From contig CAYVKH010000014.1 of the NCBI GenBank assembly GCA_964451965.1, positions 1,979 through 65,978 on the forward strand: a stretch of DNA of 64,000 bases. The letters run 5' to 3'. Every line of letters starts with the position of its first letter. The first letter of the stretch is position 1. This document shows positions 45,986 to 55,860 of the stretch, in pieces. Made by a program: the position numbers and the translations under genes. This DNA comes from an uncultured Opitutaceae bacterium (GTDB lineage: Bacteria; Verrucomicrobiota; Verrucomicrobiia; Opitutales; Opitutaceae). The notes under the pieces are model-generated. The model searched no databases and was not told where the DNA came from. It saw only the letters and a program-made list of their open reading frames with translations.

Positions 45986-47419
45986 ATGCTCCTCAGAATC
46001 CGTGCCCTCGGGCGGGTGGCCCTCCTGGTCTTCCTTTCGGCGCCGGGTGCGCGCGCCGCGGACTTCGGCCCCCGCTTTGACGAAATCGCCCGGCGGGCGA
46101 CGCCCGCCCAGCTCTACGCCTTCCTGTACGACATGCCGAAGGGCGGAGACCTCCACAACCACGCGGCCGGGGCCGACCGGCCGGAGTGGATCTACGACGT
46201 CTGCACCGATCCCGCGAGGAACGGAGGGGAGACCTTCTACGCGCGCACGAGGTTCGCGGACGAGCCGGACGCGGTCGATCCGGGCGCCCGCTTCCGGACG
46301 ATCCGCAGGATGGCCTACGACCTCCTGACCGACAAGGCGAAGGCGGAATACGAGCCGCTTGCCTCGCTTTCGGCGGACGAGCGCCAGAGGTGGTGCGCGA
46401 GCCTGCGCCTGGACGGGACCGGGGACGGCAGGCTCGAGTTCTTCTCCCACATCTGGCCGAGGATCGGCCAGCTGAACCAGTGCCTGCCGGTCGTCACCGA
46501 GCTCCTCGTCGAGAACATGAAGGCGTTCGGCGCGGAGCACGTGGGCTACCTGGAGACCCAGTTCGTCGTGATGGGGATGGTGGACAACCGGGGGAACGTG
46601 ATCCCCGACGACTCTGCCGTCGACTTCGTGAGGCAGAGGCTCTCCCGGCCGGACGCCCTGGCCACCGGGGTCACGGTCCGGTTCCAGAACACCATCCTGC
46701 GCTTCGCCCCGGCCGCCGAGAGGCATCTCGAGCTTTCCTACGGGTTCGTCGACGCCCACAGGGACCTGTGGGTCGGCCTCAACATGGCGGGGATCGAGGA
46801 GAACGGCTACGGCTACCCTTCGCGCTTCCTCGACACGTTCCGCAGGATGCGCTCCCGCTACCCGACGCTCGCGCTCTCGATCCACGCCGGCGAGATGGAC
46901 GGTCCCGACCGTCACGTCCGCGACACGCTCCTCCTCGGCGCCTCGAGGATCGGCCACGGCGTGAACCTGATCAAGGACCCCGAGACGCTCCTCTTGCTGC
47001 AGCAGACGCGCCGGGTCCTGGTCGAGGTCAACCTGATCTCGAACCGGCTGCTCGGCTACGTCCCCGACCTCGCGAACCATCCGTTCCCGGAGTACCTGAG
47101 GACCGGGGTGCCCGTCTGCCTCAACACGGACGACCGCGGGATGTGGGACTCCAACATGACGGACGAGTACTACACGGCCGTCACCCTCTACCACCTGTCG
47201 TGGGGCGAGATCCTGGCCATGGGGCGCGACTCCCTCTCGCACTCGTTCGCGCAGCCCGACGTCCGGGCCCGGCTGCTCGCCGACTACGAGCGCCGGATCG
47301 CGGCCTTCGAGGAGCGCTACGGGGCGGTGCCGGTCGACGGCGCGCTCGGCTCCCTCGCGTCGGTGAAGCCTGTGGCCTACGGCTACGCGAAGCGCAACTG
47401 GGGTTTCGACTTCAACTGA
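45986..47419 (+). CDS. Secreted adenosine-deaminase-family protein (ADGF/ADA2-like)
   Basis: ATG at 45986 gives the signal peptide MLLRIRALGRVALLVFLSAPGARA. Metal and catalytic contexts are MPKGGDLHNHAAGA, SIHAGE, IGHGV and CLNTDD. An upstream ATG at 45947 is also in frame. Confidence 0.78.
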   Translation: MLLRIRALGRVALLVFLSAPGARAADFGPRFDEIARRATPAQLYAFLYDMPKGGDLHNHAAGADRPEWIYDVCTDPARNGGETFYARTRFADEPDAVDPGARFRTIRRMAYDLLTDKAKAEYEPLASLSADERQRWCASLRLDGTGDGRLEFFSHIWPRIGQLNQCLPVVTELLVENMKAFGAEHVGYLETQFVVMGMVDNRGNVIPDDSAVDFVRQRLSRPDALATGVTVRFQNTILRFAPAAERHLELSYGFVDAHRDLWVGLNMAGIEENGYGYPSRFLDTFRRMRSRYPTLALSIHAGEMDGPDRHVRDTLLLGASRIGHGVNLIKDPETLLLLQQTRRVLVEVNLISNRLLGYVPDLANHPFPEYLRTGVPVCLNTDDRGMWDSNMTDEYYTAVTLYHLSWGEILAMGRDSLSHSFAQPDVRARLLADYERRIAAFEERYGAVPVDGALGSLASVKPVAYGYAKRNWGFDFN

Positions 47420-48269
47420 CCGTCGGCTCCCGGCCCGCGCCGGCGACCCAGACCCCGAGCGCCATCAGCGCGCCCCCCGCGGCGAGGCGCGCCATGTCGG
47501 CCGCCTCCCCGAAGACGAGGATGGAGCACGCTATCCCGAGCGGGATCTTCGCGTTGTTGAACGCGGCCAGCGCGCCCGCGTTGACGCGGGTCGAACCGAC
47601 GTTCCAGAGGAAGAAGCCCGCGCCCGAAGCGACGGCGCCAAGGTACGCGATCGTGGCCCACTGGGCCGGTCCGGCCGAGAAGGCGCGCCAGTCCGTGGCG
47701 GCGAGGGAGACGGCGAGGGTGAGCGCGAGCGCGCCCGCGAACGGCAGCGCGAAGACCGACGCATCCGACGCCCCCTTGGGAAGCCGCGCCCGCTCCCTCC
47801 TCCACGCCAGCTGGCCGCAGGCGAAGCATAGGTTCGAGAGCTGCACGAGCACGAATCCGCCGAGGATTCCCGCGTTGCCGAAGGAGGTCCACAGGACGAC
47901 GCCCGCCCCCAGGACCGAGAGCCCCGCCGCGGCGGCGTAGCGCACGCGCCACCTTCGCTCGAGGAGCGCGTCCACCAGCGCGACGAAGATGGGCGTCGTT
48001 ATGGTGAAGAGGGCGACCTCGTAGGCGTGGAGGTGGGTGAACGCGCGCAGGTAGAGGATGTACACGGCGCCGAACTGGACCGCGCCGATGAGCGCCAGGC
48101 GGCCCATCTGGGCCGCCCCCATCGCCCCGCGGCGGAAGAACGGAGCGAACACGAGGAGCGAGATCGCGAGCCGGAGGACGGCCACGGCCGTGGGGTCGAG
48201 CGCCCCCAGCCCCTTGATGAGGCCGAAGGAGAAGGCCCAGATGACCGAGACGGCGAGGAGCAGGATCAT
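47412..48269 (-). CDS. EamA/DMT-family transporter
   Basis: About ten hydrophobic segments in two similar halves, 285 aa. Its 3' end overlaps the convergent deaminase gene by 8 nt. Confidence 0.78.
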   Translation of the reverse strand: MILLLAVSVIWAFSFGLIKGLGALDPTAVAVLRLAISLLVFAPFFRRGAMGAAQMGRLALIGAVQFGAVYILYLRAFTHLHAYEVALFTITTPIFVALVDALLERRWRVRYAAAAGLSVLGAGVVLWTSFGNAGILGGFVLVQLSNLCFACGQLAWRRERARLPKGASDASVFALPFAGALALTLAVSLAATDWRAFSAGPAQWATIAYLGAVASGAGFFLWNVGSTRVNAGALAAFNNAKIPLGIACSILVFGEAADMARLAAGGALMALGVWVAGAGREPTVS

Positions 48270-48294
48270 CCGGCAGGCGCGCGCGGCGGCGGGC

Positions 48295-49989
48295 TCACAC
48301 CCGGAAGATGGCCCCGAGGCGCTTGCCGAGGAGCATGCTCGCCCCCGCGACCATGGTGCCGAGGAAGACCATCGCCCAGACCCCGAGGGCGCATGCGAGG
48401 AACTTGCCGTCGCCGAGGAGCTGGAAGAGCTCGAGGATGGCCTTCGTGATCGGGAAGTAGACCATCTTCTGCGCGAGGATGATGGAGTCGCTCACCTCGA
48501 GCATCGCGAAGGCGAACGCGAGGAGCGCCCCCGCCATGAGGTTCGCGGCGATCAGGGGGAGGGTCACCTTAATCATCGCCTTGAGCGGGGGGCAGCCGAG
48601 GCTCTCCGCCGCCTCCTCGAGCGCCGGGCTCGTCTGCTGGAAGCCGGCCGCCGCCGAACGCACCACGTAGGGGAGGCGTCGGATCGAGTAGGCGACGATC
48701 AGCAGCACGGTCGGGTTGCGGACCGGGTTTATGAAGTCGAAGAAGCGCCCCTCGTGCGCCATCGCGAGGTAGCCGAACGCGAGCACGATCCCCGGCACGG
48801 CGAGCGGCAGCATCGCGAGGAAGTCGAGCGCCTGCCTGCCGGCTATCTTCGTGCGGACCACGACGTACGCGATCGCGACGCCGAGGATCACGTCGATCAC
48901 GGTCGAGACGCTCGCATACTTCAGGCTGTTGGCGATCGCGGGGACCGTGAGCCCGTGGCCGAGCGCCGCCCGGTAGTTGTCGAGCGTGGCCCCCGTCGGG
49001 AGCACGGTCGCGTACCAGTCCTTCGACGACGCGATCAGCACGACCCCAATGTGCGGGAGGATCGCGACAAAGGTGACCGCGCAGAAGGCCAGCGTGCAGA
49101 GCCACGCCTGGGGCCCGGGCAGCGCGCGCGCCCCGCCGGCCGACGTCGCCTTGGCCATCATCGCGTGGCCCTGCCTCCCGAAGACGCCCTTGCCGACGCC
49201 GTAGATCAGGATCGAGCTCACGAGCATCACCGCGACCAGGGTGTAGGGGAACGGGTTTCCCCCGATGTCCTTCAGGCCGTAGAAGATCTGGACGCTCGTC
49301 ACCTGCGAGTAGTCGAAGACCAGCGGGGTGCCGAGCTCCGTGAACACCCAGATGAACACGATGGTGCAGCCCGCGAACAGCCCGGGGTGGATGAGCGGCA
49401 GCGTGATCCTGCGGAACCGGCGCAGGCCCGTGCAGCCGAGGTTCTGCGCCGCCTCCTCCATGGCCGGGTCAATGTTCGCCAGCGCGGCGACGGCGTTCAG
49501 GTAGATGATCGGGTACAGGGAGAGCGCCTCCACGACCGCCACACCCCAGAACTGGTTCGCGGCGAACCAGTCGAACGTCCAGCCGCGGGGCCTCAGGCCG
49601 ATGTCGATGAGCAGCGCGTTGAACGCCCCGTACTGGCCGAAGATCTGCTTGATCCCGATCGCCCCCACGAAGGGGGGCAGGATCATAGGGACCAGCACCG
49701 CTGAGTTGAGGAGGCCCTTCAGGGGAAAGAGGAACCGGTCCGAGACGAAGGCGAGCGGGAGCGCGATCAGGAGCGCCAGGGCCGTCCCGGCGCACGCGAG
49801 CAGGAAGGAGTTCAGGAGCGCGCCGAGGTAGGTCGGGTCGGTGAGGACCGCCCTCAGGAACGCGAGGGTCGGCCTCCCGTCGGCGTCCGTGAAGCCGCCC
49901 TTGAGTATCTGGAGCATGGGCCAGAGGAAGAACACCGCGAAGAACGCGGCGGTGACGAGGAACACGAGCCGGGCCGTTGTCCTGGACAT
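48295..49989 (-). CDS. ABC importer permease, fused double MetI-like domains (FbpB-type)
   Basis: 564 aa, made of two tandem permease halves, each with an EAA-like loop region (EAAQNLGCTGLRRFRRITLPL and EAAESLGCPPLKAMIKVTLPL). Confidence 0.85.
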   Translation of the reverse strand: MSRTTARLVFLVTAAFFAVFFLWPMLQILKGGFTDADGRPTLAFLRAVLTDPTYLGALLNSFLLACAGTALALLIALPLAFVSDRFLFPLKGLLNSAVLVPMILPPFVGAIGIKQIFGQYGAFNALLIDIGLRPRGWTFDWFAANQFWGVAVVEALSLYPIIYLNAVAALANIDPAMEEAAQNLGCTGLRRFRRITLPLIHPGLFAGCTIVFIWVFTELGTPLVFDYSQVTSVQIFYGLKDIGGNPFPYTLVAVMLVSSILIYGVGKGVFGRQGHAMMAKATSAGGARALPGPQAWLCTLAFCAVTFVAILPHIGVVLIASSKDWYATVLPTGATLDNYRAALGHGLTVPAIANSLKYASVSTVIDVILGVAIAYVVVRTKIAGRQALDFLAMLPLAVPGIVLAFGYLAMAHEGRFFDFINPVRNPTVLLIVAYSIRRLPYVVRSAAAGFQQTSPALEEAAESLGCPPLKAMIKVTLPLIAANLMAGALLAFAFAMLEVSDSIILAQKMVYFPITKAILELFQLLGDGKFLACALGVWAMVFLGTMVAGASMLLGKRLGAIFRV

Positions 49990-50006
49990 GGCGGAGCGCT
50001 ATCTCC

Positions 50007-51341
50007 TCACCGGAAGGGCCAGATCTTGAAGAACGACAGGAAGAACATGGTGGCGACGGCGTAGCCTATCGGCGGGATCTCGCGCGCCTTTCCGAGCCCG
50101 ATTCCAAGCAGGACGGAGCAGATGAGCCCGATCCCGATCCCCTGCGCGATGCTGAAGGTGAGGGGTATCGCGAAGATCGTGAGGATGGCCGGGGCCGCCG
50201 TCTCGAACCGGGTCATGTCGATCTCCACGACGGACTGCATCATGAAGATCCCGACGATCACCAGGGCGGGCGCGGTCGCGCACGCCGGGATGGCCAGGAT
50301 GAGCGGGGTCAGGAAGAGCGCCAGCAGCATGAACAGGGCGACCCAGAGGGCCGTGAGCCCCGTCCTTCCGCCCGCCTCGACGCCCGACGCGGACTCGATG
50401 TAGCTCACGACCGTCGAGGTGCCGCAGAGGGCGGAGAGGATCGTCGCGATCGAATCGGCCAGGAGCGCCCGCCCGGCCCTCGGAAGGGTCCCCTGGGCGT
50501 CGAGGAGCCCGGCGCGCTTCGTCACCCCGATCAGGGTCCCGATGTTGTCGAACATGTCGACCAGCAGGAGCGTGAAGATGAGGGGCAGGGCGGCCTGGAA
50601 CTTTGTCCAGCTTGCGAGGAAGCCGAAGGTCAGCTTCAGGAAGACCGGCGCCGCGGAATGCGGGTAGGAGAAGATCCTCGCGCCCAGGTCCGTCACTCTG
50701 CCGCCCGCCCCGTTGGACGTGAACAGGCCGGCGAGCGTGACCGCAAGGATGCTCAGGACGATCGCCCCGGGCACCCTCCGCGCGACGAGCAGGGACGTGA
50801 GCACGATGCCGCCAAGGCACAGGGCGACGGGGCCGGAGGTGAAGTCCCCGGGCCCGACATAGGTCGCCGCGTTGGACACGATGACGCCGCCCTTCTGCAG
50901 CCCGATGAAGGCGATGAACAGCCCCACGCCGCACGTCACGGCGATCTTCAGGCCGAGCGGGATCGAGGCGATGATCTTCTCGCGGATACCGGACACCGAA
51001 AGCGACAGGAATATGATCCCGTTGATGAGGACCATCCCGAGCGCCTCGCTCCACGGAACCCCCTTCGCCAGGCAGATCGTGAACGTGAAGAAGGCGTTGA
51101 TCCCCATGCCGGGCGCCATGGCGATCGGGTAGTTCGTGAAGAGGGCCATCAGGGTCGTGGCGACGGCCGCGGTGATCGCGGTCACGGTGACCAGGGCCCC
51201 CTTGTCCATCCCCGTGTTCGCCAGGATGGACGGGTTCACCGCCAGGATGTAGGCCATCGCGGCGAAGGTCGTGAGCCCCGCCTGGAACTCCCGGAACGGC
51301 GTCGTCCCGCGGCTTTCGAGGTTGAAGAGGCGTTCTACCAT
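50007..51341 (-). CDS. NCS2/AzgA-family purine (adenine/guanine/hypoxanthine) permease
   Basis: ATG at 51341. TTPFREFQAGLTTFAAMAYILAVNP, MAPGMGINAFF and the polytopic profile are typical of PurP/PbuG/GhxP-type proteins. Confidence 0.86.
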   Translation of the reverse strand: MVERLFNLESRGTTPFREFQAGLTTFAAMAYILAVNPSILANTGMDKGALVTVTAITAAVATTLMALFTNYPIAMAPGMGINAFFTFTICLAKGVPWSEALGMVLINGIIFLSLSVSGIREKIIASIPLGLKIAVTCGVGLFIAFIGLQKGGVIVSNAATYVGPGDFTSGPVALCLGGIVLTSLLVARRVPGAIVLSILAVTLAGLFTSNGAGGRVTDLGARIFSYPHSAAPVFLKLTFGFLASWTKFQAALPLIFTLLLVDMFDNIGTLIGVTKRAGLLDAQGTLPRAGRALLADSIATILSALCGTSTVVSYIESASGVEAGGRTGLTALWVALFMLLALFLTPLILAIPACATAPALVIVGIFMMQSVVEIDMTRFETAAPAILTIFAIPLTFSIAQGIGIGLICSVLLGIGLGKAREIPPIGYAVATMFFLSFFKIWPFR

Positions 51342-51380
51342 GCGTGGTGCGTTGGCTGGGGAGTGTGTGGAGGAAGCGTC

Positions 51381-51404
51381 CGGTTCGTGCAACGACCGTT
51401 TTTT
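51381..51404 (+). terminator. Orphan hairpin plus T6 upstream of the RidA-family gene
   Basis: cggt(t)cg(51381-87), loop tgcaa, cgaccg(51393-98), then TTTTTT (51399-404). No + strand gene lies upstream. Confidence 0.4.
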
Positions 51405-51441
51405 GCTTCGAATTCCCCGATGCGTGAGCAAGTGTCGCGCC

Positions 51442-51906
51442 ATGACAAACCCGGAATCAAGGCTGGCCGAGCTAGGCCTGGCGCTTCCCCAGCCGCCGGC
51501 AGCGGCCGGAAGCTATGTCCCCTCCGTGCGCACGGGCAACCTGCTCTACTGCGCCGGCACGCTTCCCATGATCGACGGCAAGCTCACCCACGCGGGCCAG
51601 GTGGGGCGCGAGCAGACGGTCCAGAGCGGCGCGAAGGCGGCCGAGAACTGCGCGCTCAACACGCTCGCGAACATCAAGGCCGCCCTGGGCTCGCTCGAGC
51701 GGGTGGCGCGCATCGTCTTTGTGGGCGGGTTCGTGAACGCCGTCGACGGGTTCGCGGACAGCCCGGCCGTCATCAACGGCGCGAGCGACCTTTTTGTGAA
51801 GGTGTTCGGCGAGGCGGGCCGCCACGCGAGGGCCGCGGTCGCCGTGAACGGCCTTCCCCGGGGGGCGACCGCCGAGATCCAGGCGGTCGTTGAGGTCCGG
51901 GACTGA
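51442..51906 (+). CDS. RidA/YjgF-family protein
   Basis: ATG at 51442. The 154-aa length, the GQVG... region and the C-terminal AAVAVNGLPRGATAEIQAVVEV fit the fold family. Confidence 0.82.
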   Translation: MTNPESRLAELGLALPQPPAAAGSYVPSVRTGNLLYCAGTLPMIDGKLTHAGQVGREQTVQSGAKAAENCALNTLANIKAALGSLERVARIVFVGGFVNAVDGFADSPAVINGASDLFVKVFGEAGRHARAAVAVNGLPRGATAEIQAVVEVRD

Positions 51907-51953
51907 GGCCGGCCGCCGTGCCGGTGGCAAGGGACGCCGAGACCGGCGTCTGC

Positions 51954-53297
51954 CTACGCGATGGCCTTCGTCATCACCTTCGCGTTGCGCCCGTTCTCCT
52001 CGTACTGCTTGAGCCTGGCCTCGGGCAGGATCTCCTTGGAGCTTTCCGCGAACCCGCACACGTTGATGAAGAATCCGAAGCTCTGGGTCGAGAGCGCGAT
52101 GACGCGCTTCGCGCCGCGCTCCTTCGCCTGGAGGCACGCGTATTCGACCATCTTCTTGCCGATCCCGCGGTTGTGGTAGAACGGCAGGACATAGAGCGAC
52201 CCGATCTCCGCCGTCTCGGGCTGGTCGGGGTAGAACATGAGCGTGACGCTGGCGATCACGGCCTCGTCGACCTCGAACACGAAGAAGTGGTCGATGTTCT
52301 TCTCGATCGCCTGCTGGGTGCGGTGGATCAGTTCCTCGCGCCGGACGGCGTTCCGCGTCAGGTTGTAGAGGAGCCTTGCGTCCCGCCGGGCCGCCTGGCG
52401 GATCTGCTGGTAGTCGTTGCCGTAGACGAGCGAGCCGACCCCCTCGTTCGAGAAGATCTCGTTCAGGAGCCCGTCGAACACGCGGCCGTCGACGATGTGG
52501 ACCCGGGCCGTTCCGGACTCGATCGCCCGGATCGCATGCGTGGCCTTGCTGCGGCTGGTCTCCGCGATCTGCTCGGGATGCTCGCTCAGGAGCGAGCGCA
52601 GCGCGTCGACCGAGATCTCGTGCCTCACGTGGCCCTCGATCTCGAGGCCCGGGGTCGGGGCGAGGTAGATGATCTTCGTCGCATGGAGGGCCTCCGCCGT
52701 CTCGGCGGCCAGGAGGTCGGAGTTCACGCGCAGGGACTTGCCGTCGGGCCCGAACGCGACCGGGGATAAGAGCGGCACGACCTGGCGCTCGATGAGCGCC
52801 GTCAGGAGGTCCTTGTCGATCCTGTCCACCTTGCCCGTCAGCTGCTGGTCGACGCCCTTCAGGATGCCGACCGGAACCGCGCGCACGGCGTTCGTGATCG
52901 CGGCCTTGAGCGAGCTCCCGGTCAGCCCCTCGAGCACGACATGCGACACGCGCGAGGAGGCGCGTATGGCGAGGTCGAGCGTGGCCGCGTCCGTGACGCC
53001 CGTGCCGTCGCTGTTCGATATGGGGATCCCGCGGAGGGCGGAGAGCTCCTGGAGCTGGTGGCCGATGCCGTGCACGAGCACCACCTTTATCCCGAGGCTC
53101 CTCAGGACCGCGATGTCGACCAGGAGGTTGCCGAAGTTCTCGTCCGCGACGATCGAGCCGTCGATCGCGATGACGAATATCTGGCCCTGGAACCTGGGAA
53201 CGTACTGGAGGATCCCGCGGAGGTCCGTGGGCTTGATGGTCGTCGCCTGCGCGCTCGAGGGCGCGGCGGGGGATGGCTGACCGTTCTCGTTGGTCAT
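51954..53297 (-). CDS. argA: Amino-acid N-acetyltransferase (N-acetylglutamate synthase; AAK plus GNAT domains)
   Basis: Kinase-like half: FVIAIDGS, VLVHGIG, VNSD. GNAT half: LYVLPFYHNRGIGKKM. ATG at 53297; the ORF-track start at 53321 is TTG. Confidence 0.83.
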   Translation of the reverse strand: MTNENGQPSPAAPSSAQATTIKPTDLRGILQYVPRFQGQIFVIAIDGSIVADENFGNLLVDIAVLRSLGIKVVLVHGIGHQLQELSALRGIPISNSDGTGVTDAATLDLAIRASSRVSHVVLEGLTGSSLKAAITNAVRAVPVGILKGVDQQLTGKVDRIDKDLLTALIERQVVPLLSPVAFGPDGKSLRVNSDLLAAETAEALHATKIIYLAPTPGLEIEGHVRHEISVDALRSLLSEHPEQIAETSRSKATHAIRAIESGTARVHIVDGRVFDGLLNEIFSNEGVGSLVYGNDYQQIRQAARRDARLLYNLTRNAVRREELIHRTQQAIEKNIDHFFVFEVDEAVIASVTLMFYPDQPETAEIGSLYVLPFYHNRGIGKKMVEYACLQAKERGAKRVIALSTQSFGFFINVCGFAESSKEILPEARLKQYEENGRNAKVMTKAIA

Positions 53298-53367
53298 TTG
53301 CAGGATCGGGTTCTCAGGCAAGTGACGCCATTCGTCAAGGGACCTCTCGCGCCGGGGCCGACGGCCC

Positions 53368-53979
53368 TCAGCGCACGCGGAGCGTCCACGACCTCGACGC
53401 GCGCTCCCCGACGAGGGTCACGCGGTAGCTTCCGGGCTTCAGCGTGCCCGGGGGAATCTCGAGGCGGGCGGTGCCGTCGCGGGTCCTCGAGAGCAGGCCC
53501 CCGGAGAGGCGCTCGAAGTCCGCGACGATGACGATATCGCCGTCGCGCTCGTAGAGGTGGGCGCCCGAGAGCTGGCGCTTGTTGTCGGGGATCGTGTACG
53601 AGAGCCCGATCGCGTAGCCGATGCCGGCGACGGCCGAGGGAGGGGCGGACACGGAGTTTATCTCAAGGGGCAGGAGGGGCGTCTCGATGAGCGTCTTGCG
53701 GAGCTCCTCGGGAAGGCCCCCCTGGGAGGGCATGCTGGCCGAGCCGGCCTCGGGCACCGGCTCCGCGGTGCGGCTGGCGTCGATCGCCACGCGGTGGTAT
53801 CCCGCCTTGAGCAGCCGGACGACGTCGGCCCGGTCGCGCATGTCCTGATACGGCCTGAACGCGGGACCCTGGCGACGGAAGTGCAGTGTCAGGTAGGTGT
53901 ATACGGGAATGAACAGCAGGATCGCGACGACGATCCACTTCATCGGCCACGGCTTTCGCTCCTTCGGGGCGGCGTTCAT
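53368..53979 (-). CDS. Hypothetical single-pass membrane-anchored protein
   Basis: ATG at 53979 (or 53943) with an N-terminal TM segment WIVVAILLFIPVYTYL. No family recognised. Confidence 0.5.
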   Translation of the reverse strand: MNAAPKERKPWPMKWIVVAILLFIPVYTYLTLHFRRQGPAFRPYQDMRDRADVVRLLKAGYHRVAIDASRTAEPVPEAGSASMPSQGGLPEELRKTLIETPLLPLEINSVSAPPSAVAGIGYAIGLSYTIPDNKRQLSGAHLYERDGDIVIVADFERLSGGLLSRTRDGTARLEIPPGTLKPGSYRVTLVGERASRSWTLRVR

Positions 53980-54076
53980 GCAAGAAGGGGAAGGCCAAGG
54001 CGGCGCCGCCCAATTGGCAACAAACGTTTTCGCGTGTTGCCATCCGAGCCGCCCCTTTCTTGGCTATTCGCCCCGC

Positions 54077-55834
54077 ATGAAATTCTGGTCGCGCTTCTTT
54101 ATCCCAACGCTGAAGGAGAGCCCGGCGGACGCCGAGATCGCCTCGCACAGGCTGCTCATCCGGGCCGGGCTGGTCCGGAAGCTTGGGGGCGGGCTCTACA
54201 CGTACCTTCCCCTGGGCCTGCGCGTCATGCAGAAGCTGTCGAGGATCTGCCGCGAGGAGATGGAGCGCTCCGGAGCGATCGAGCTCTCGATGCCGCACAT
54301 CCACCCGGCCGAATTCTGGGCCGAGGGGCCGCGGTGGGGCCCGGTCCGCGAGATCATGTACAGGGCGGACAGCGCCGGCGCGGACAAGCGGGGGCCGAAG
54401 GAGCCGGAGTTCGTGCTCGGCCCGACCCACGAGGAGGTCATCACGCCGCTCGTGAAGGCGGAGATCTCCAGCTACCGCGACCTGCCCAAGAGCTTCTTCC
54501 AGATCGGCACGAAGTTCCGCAACGAGATCCGCCCGCGATTCGGCCTGATGCGGGCCAGGGAGTTCGTCATGATGGACGCGTATTCGTTCGACGCGGACGA
54601 CGAAGGCGCGATCCGCAGCTACCTGGCGATGAAGGCCGCCTACGAGTCGTTCTTCAGGAGGGTGGGGACCCAGGCGATCTCGGTGGAGGCCGACACAGGC
54701 GTCATGGGGGGCAGCTACTCCCACGAGTTCATGGTGCCGGCGGAGGTCGGCGACAACGACCTGTTCTACAACGAGGAAAGCGGGTATGCGGCGAACCGGG
54801 AGAAGGCGCGCAGCGCGATGGTGCCCAAGGGCTTCGCCGACGCGGCGCCCGGGGACGCGCCGCAGGAGTTCCCGACCCCTGGCGTCGTCACGATCGCGGC
54901 CCTCGAGGCGCCCCCGCACTCCGTCCCCGCCGACCGCCAGTTCAAGACGCTGATCTACATCGGCGACGGGCGGCCGTTTGCCGTCATTCTCCGGGGCTGC
55001 GACGAGCTGGAGGAGGCCAAGCTCGGGGCGCTCGGCCACACGCTCCTTCGGCCGGCCACCCCAGAGGAGATCGAGCCCGTCATGGGGGCCAGGCCCGGAA
55101 GCCTGGGCGCCGTCAGGGGAACGATCAGGAATCCCTCCGCGCTGGCCGGGATCTACGCGGACCACGCGATCCGCCTCGTGGGCAACGGCACGACGGGGGC
55201 GAACCGCGACGGCTTCCACCTGCGCAATGTCAACGTCGCCCGGGACCTCGAGATCACGAGCTTCGGGGACTTCCGTCGCGTGCAGGCCGGCGAACCCGAC
55301 CCGGTCGCCGGAAGGCCGCTCAAGGTCCGCCGCGGGATAGAGGTCGGCCACATCTTCAAGCTCGGCACGAAATACTCCGAGAGGATCGACGCGGGCTACA
55401 CCGACGACAAGAAGGAGAGGCACCTCTTCGTCATGGGGTGCTACGGCATCGGGATAAGCCGCACGATGCAGGCCGTCATCGAGCAGAGCCATGACAAGGA
55501 CGGGATCATCTGGCCGTGGGCGATAGCGCCCTTCCAGGTCCTCGTGTGCCTGCTGGACCCCCAGGACACCGACGCGACCGTGATAGCCGGGCGGCTCGGC
55601 GCCGCCGCGGCGCGGGCGGGGGCCGACGTGCTTATCGACGACCGGGCCGAGAGGCCCGGCGTGAAGTTCAAGGACGCCGACCTCATCGGGATACCCCTGA
55701 GGATCACGGTCGGCGGGCGCGGCATAAAGGAGGGCGTCGTCGAAATGAAGTGGCGCGGCGCCCCGGAAACGCTCAAGATACCCATTGATGAATCGGAAGC
55801 CAGGGTTGAGGCGGCCGTCCGCGAAAGGGCCTGA
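54077..55834 (+). CDS. proS: Proline--tRNA ligase (bacterial type with an editing insertion)
   Basis: ATG at 54077. FIPTLKE.P.DAEI.SH.LL.RAG, F.IGTKFRNE.RPRFGL.R.REF.M.DAYSF and the C-terminal anticodon-binding domain are present. Confidence 0.95.
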   Translation: MKFWSRFFIPTLKESPADAEIASHRLLIRAGLVRKLGGGLYTYLPLGLRVMQKLSRICREEMERSGAIELSMPHIHPAEFWAEGPRWGPVREIMYRADSAGADKRGPKEPEFVLGPTHEEVITPLVKAEISSYRDLPKSFFQIGTKFRNEIRPRFGLMRAREFVMMDAYSFDADDEGAIRSYLAMKAAYESFFRRVGTQAISVEADTGVMGGSYSHEFMVPAEVGDNDLFYNEESGYAANREKARSAMVPKGFADAAPGDAPQEFPTPGVVTIAALEAPPHSVPADRQFKTLIYIGDGRPFAVILRGCDELEEAKLGALGHTLLRPATPEEIEPVMGARPGSLGAVRGTIRNPSALAGIYADHAIRLVGNGTTGANRDGFHLRNVNVARDLEITSFGDFRRVQAGEPDPVAGRPLKVRRGIEVGHIFKLGTKYSERIDAGYTDDKKERHLFVMGCYGIGISRTMQAVIEQSHDKDGIIWPWAIAPFQVLVCLLDPQDTDATVIAGRLGAAAARAGADVLIDDRAERPGVKFKDADLIGIPLRITVGGRGIKEGVVEMKWRGAPETLKIPIDESEARVEAAVRERA

Positions 55835-55860
55835 GCAAGGGCCTGGTCATCCCATTTTCC

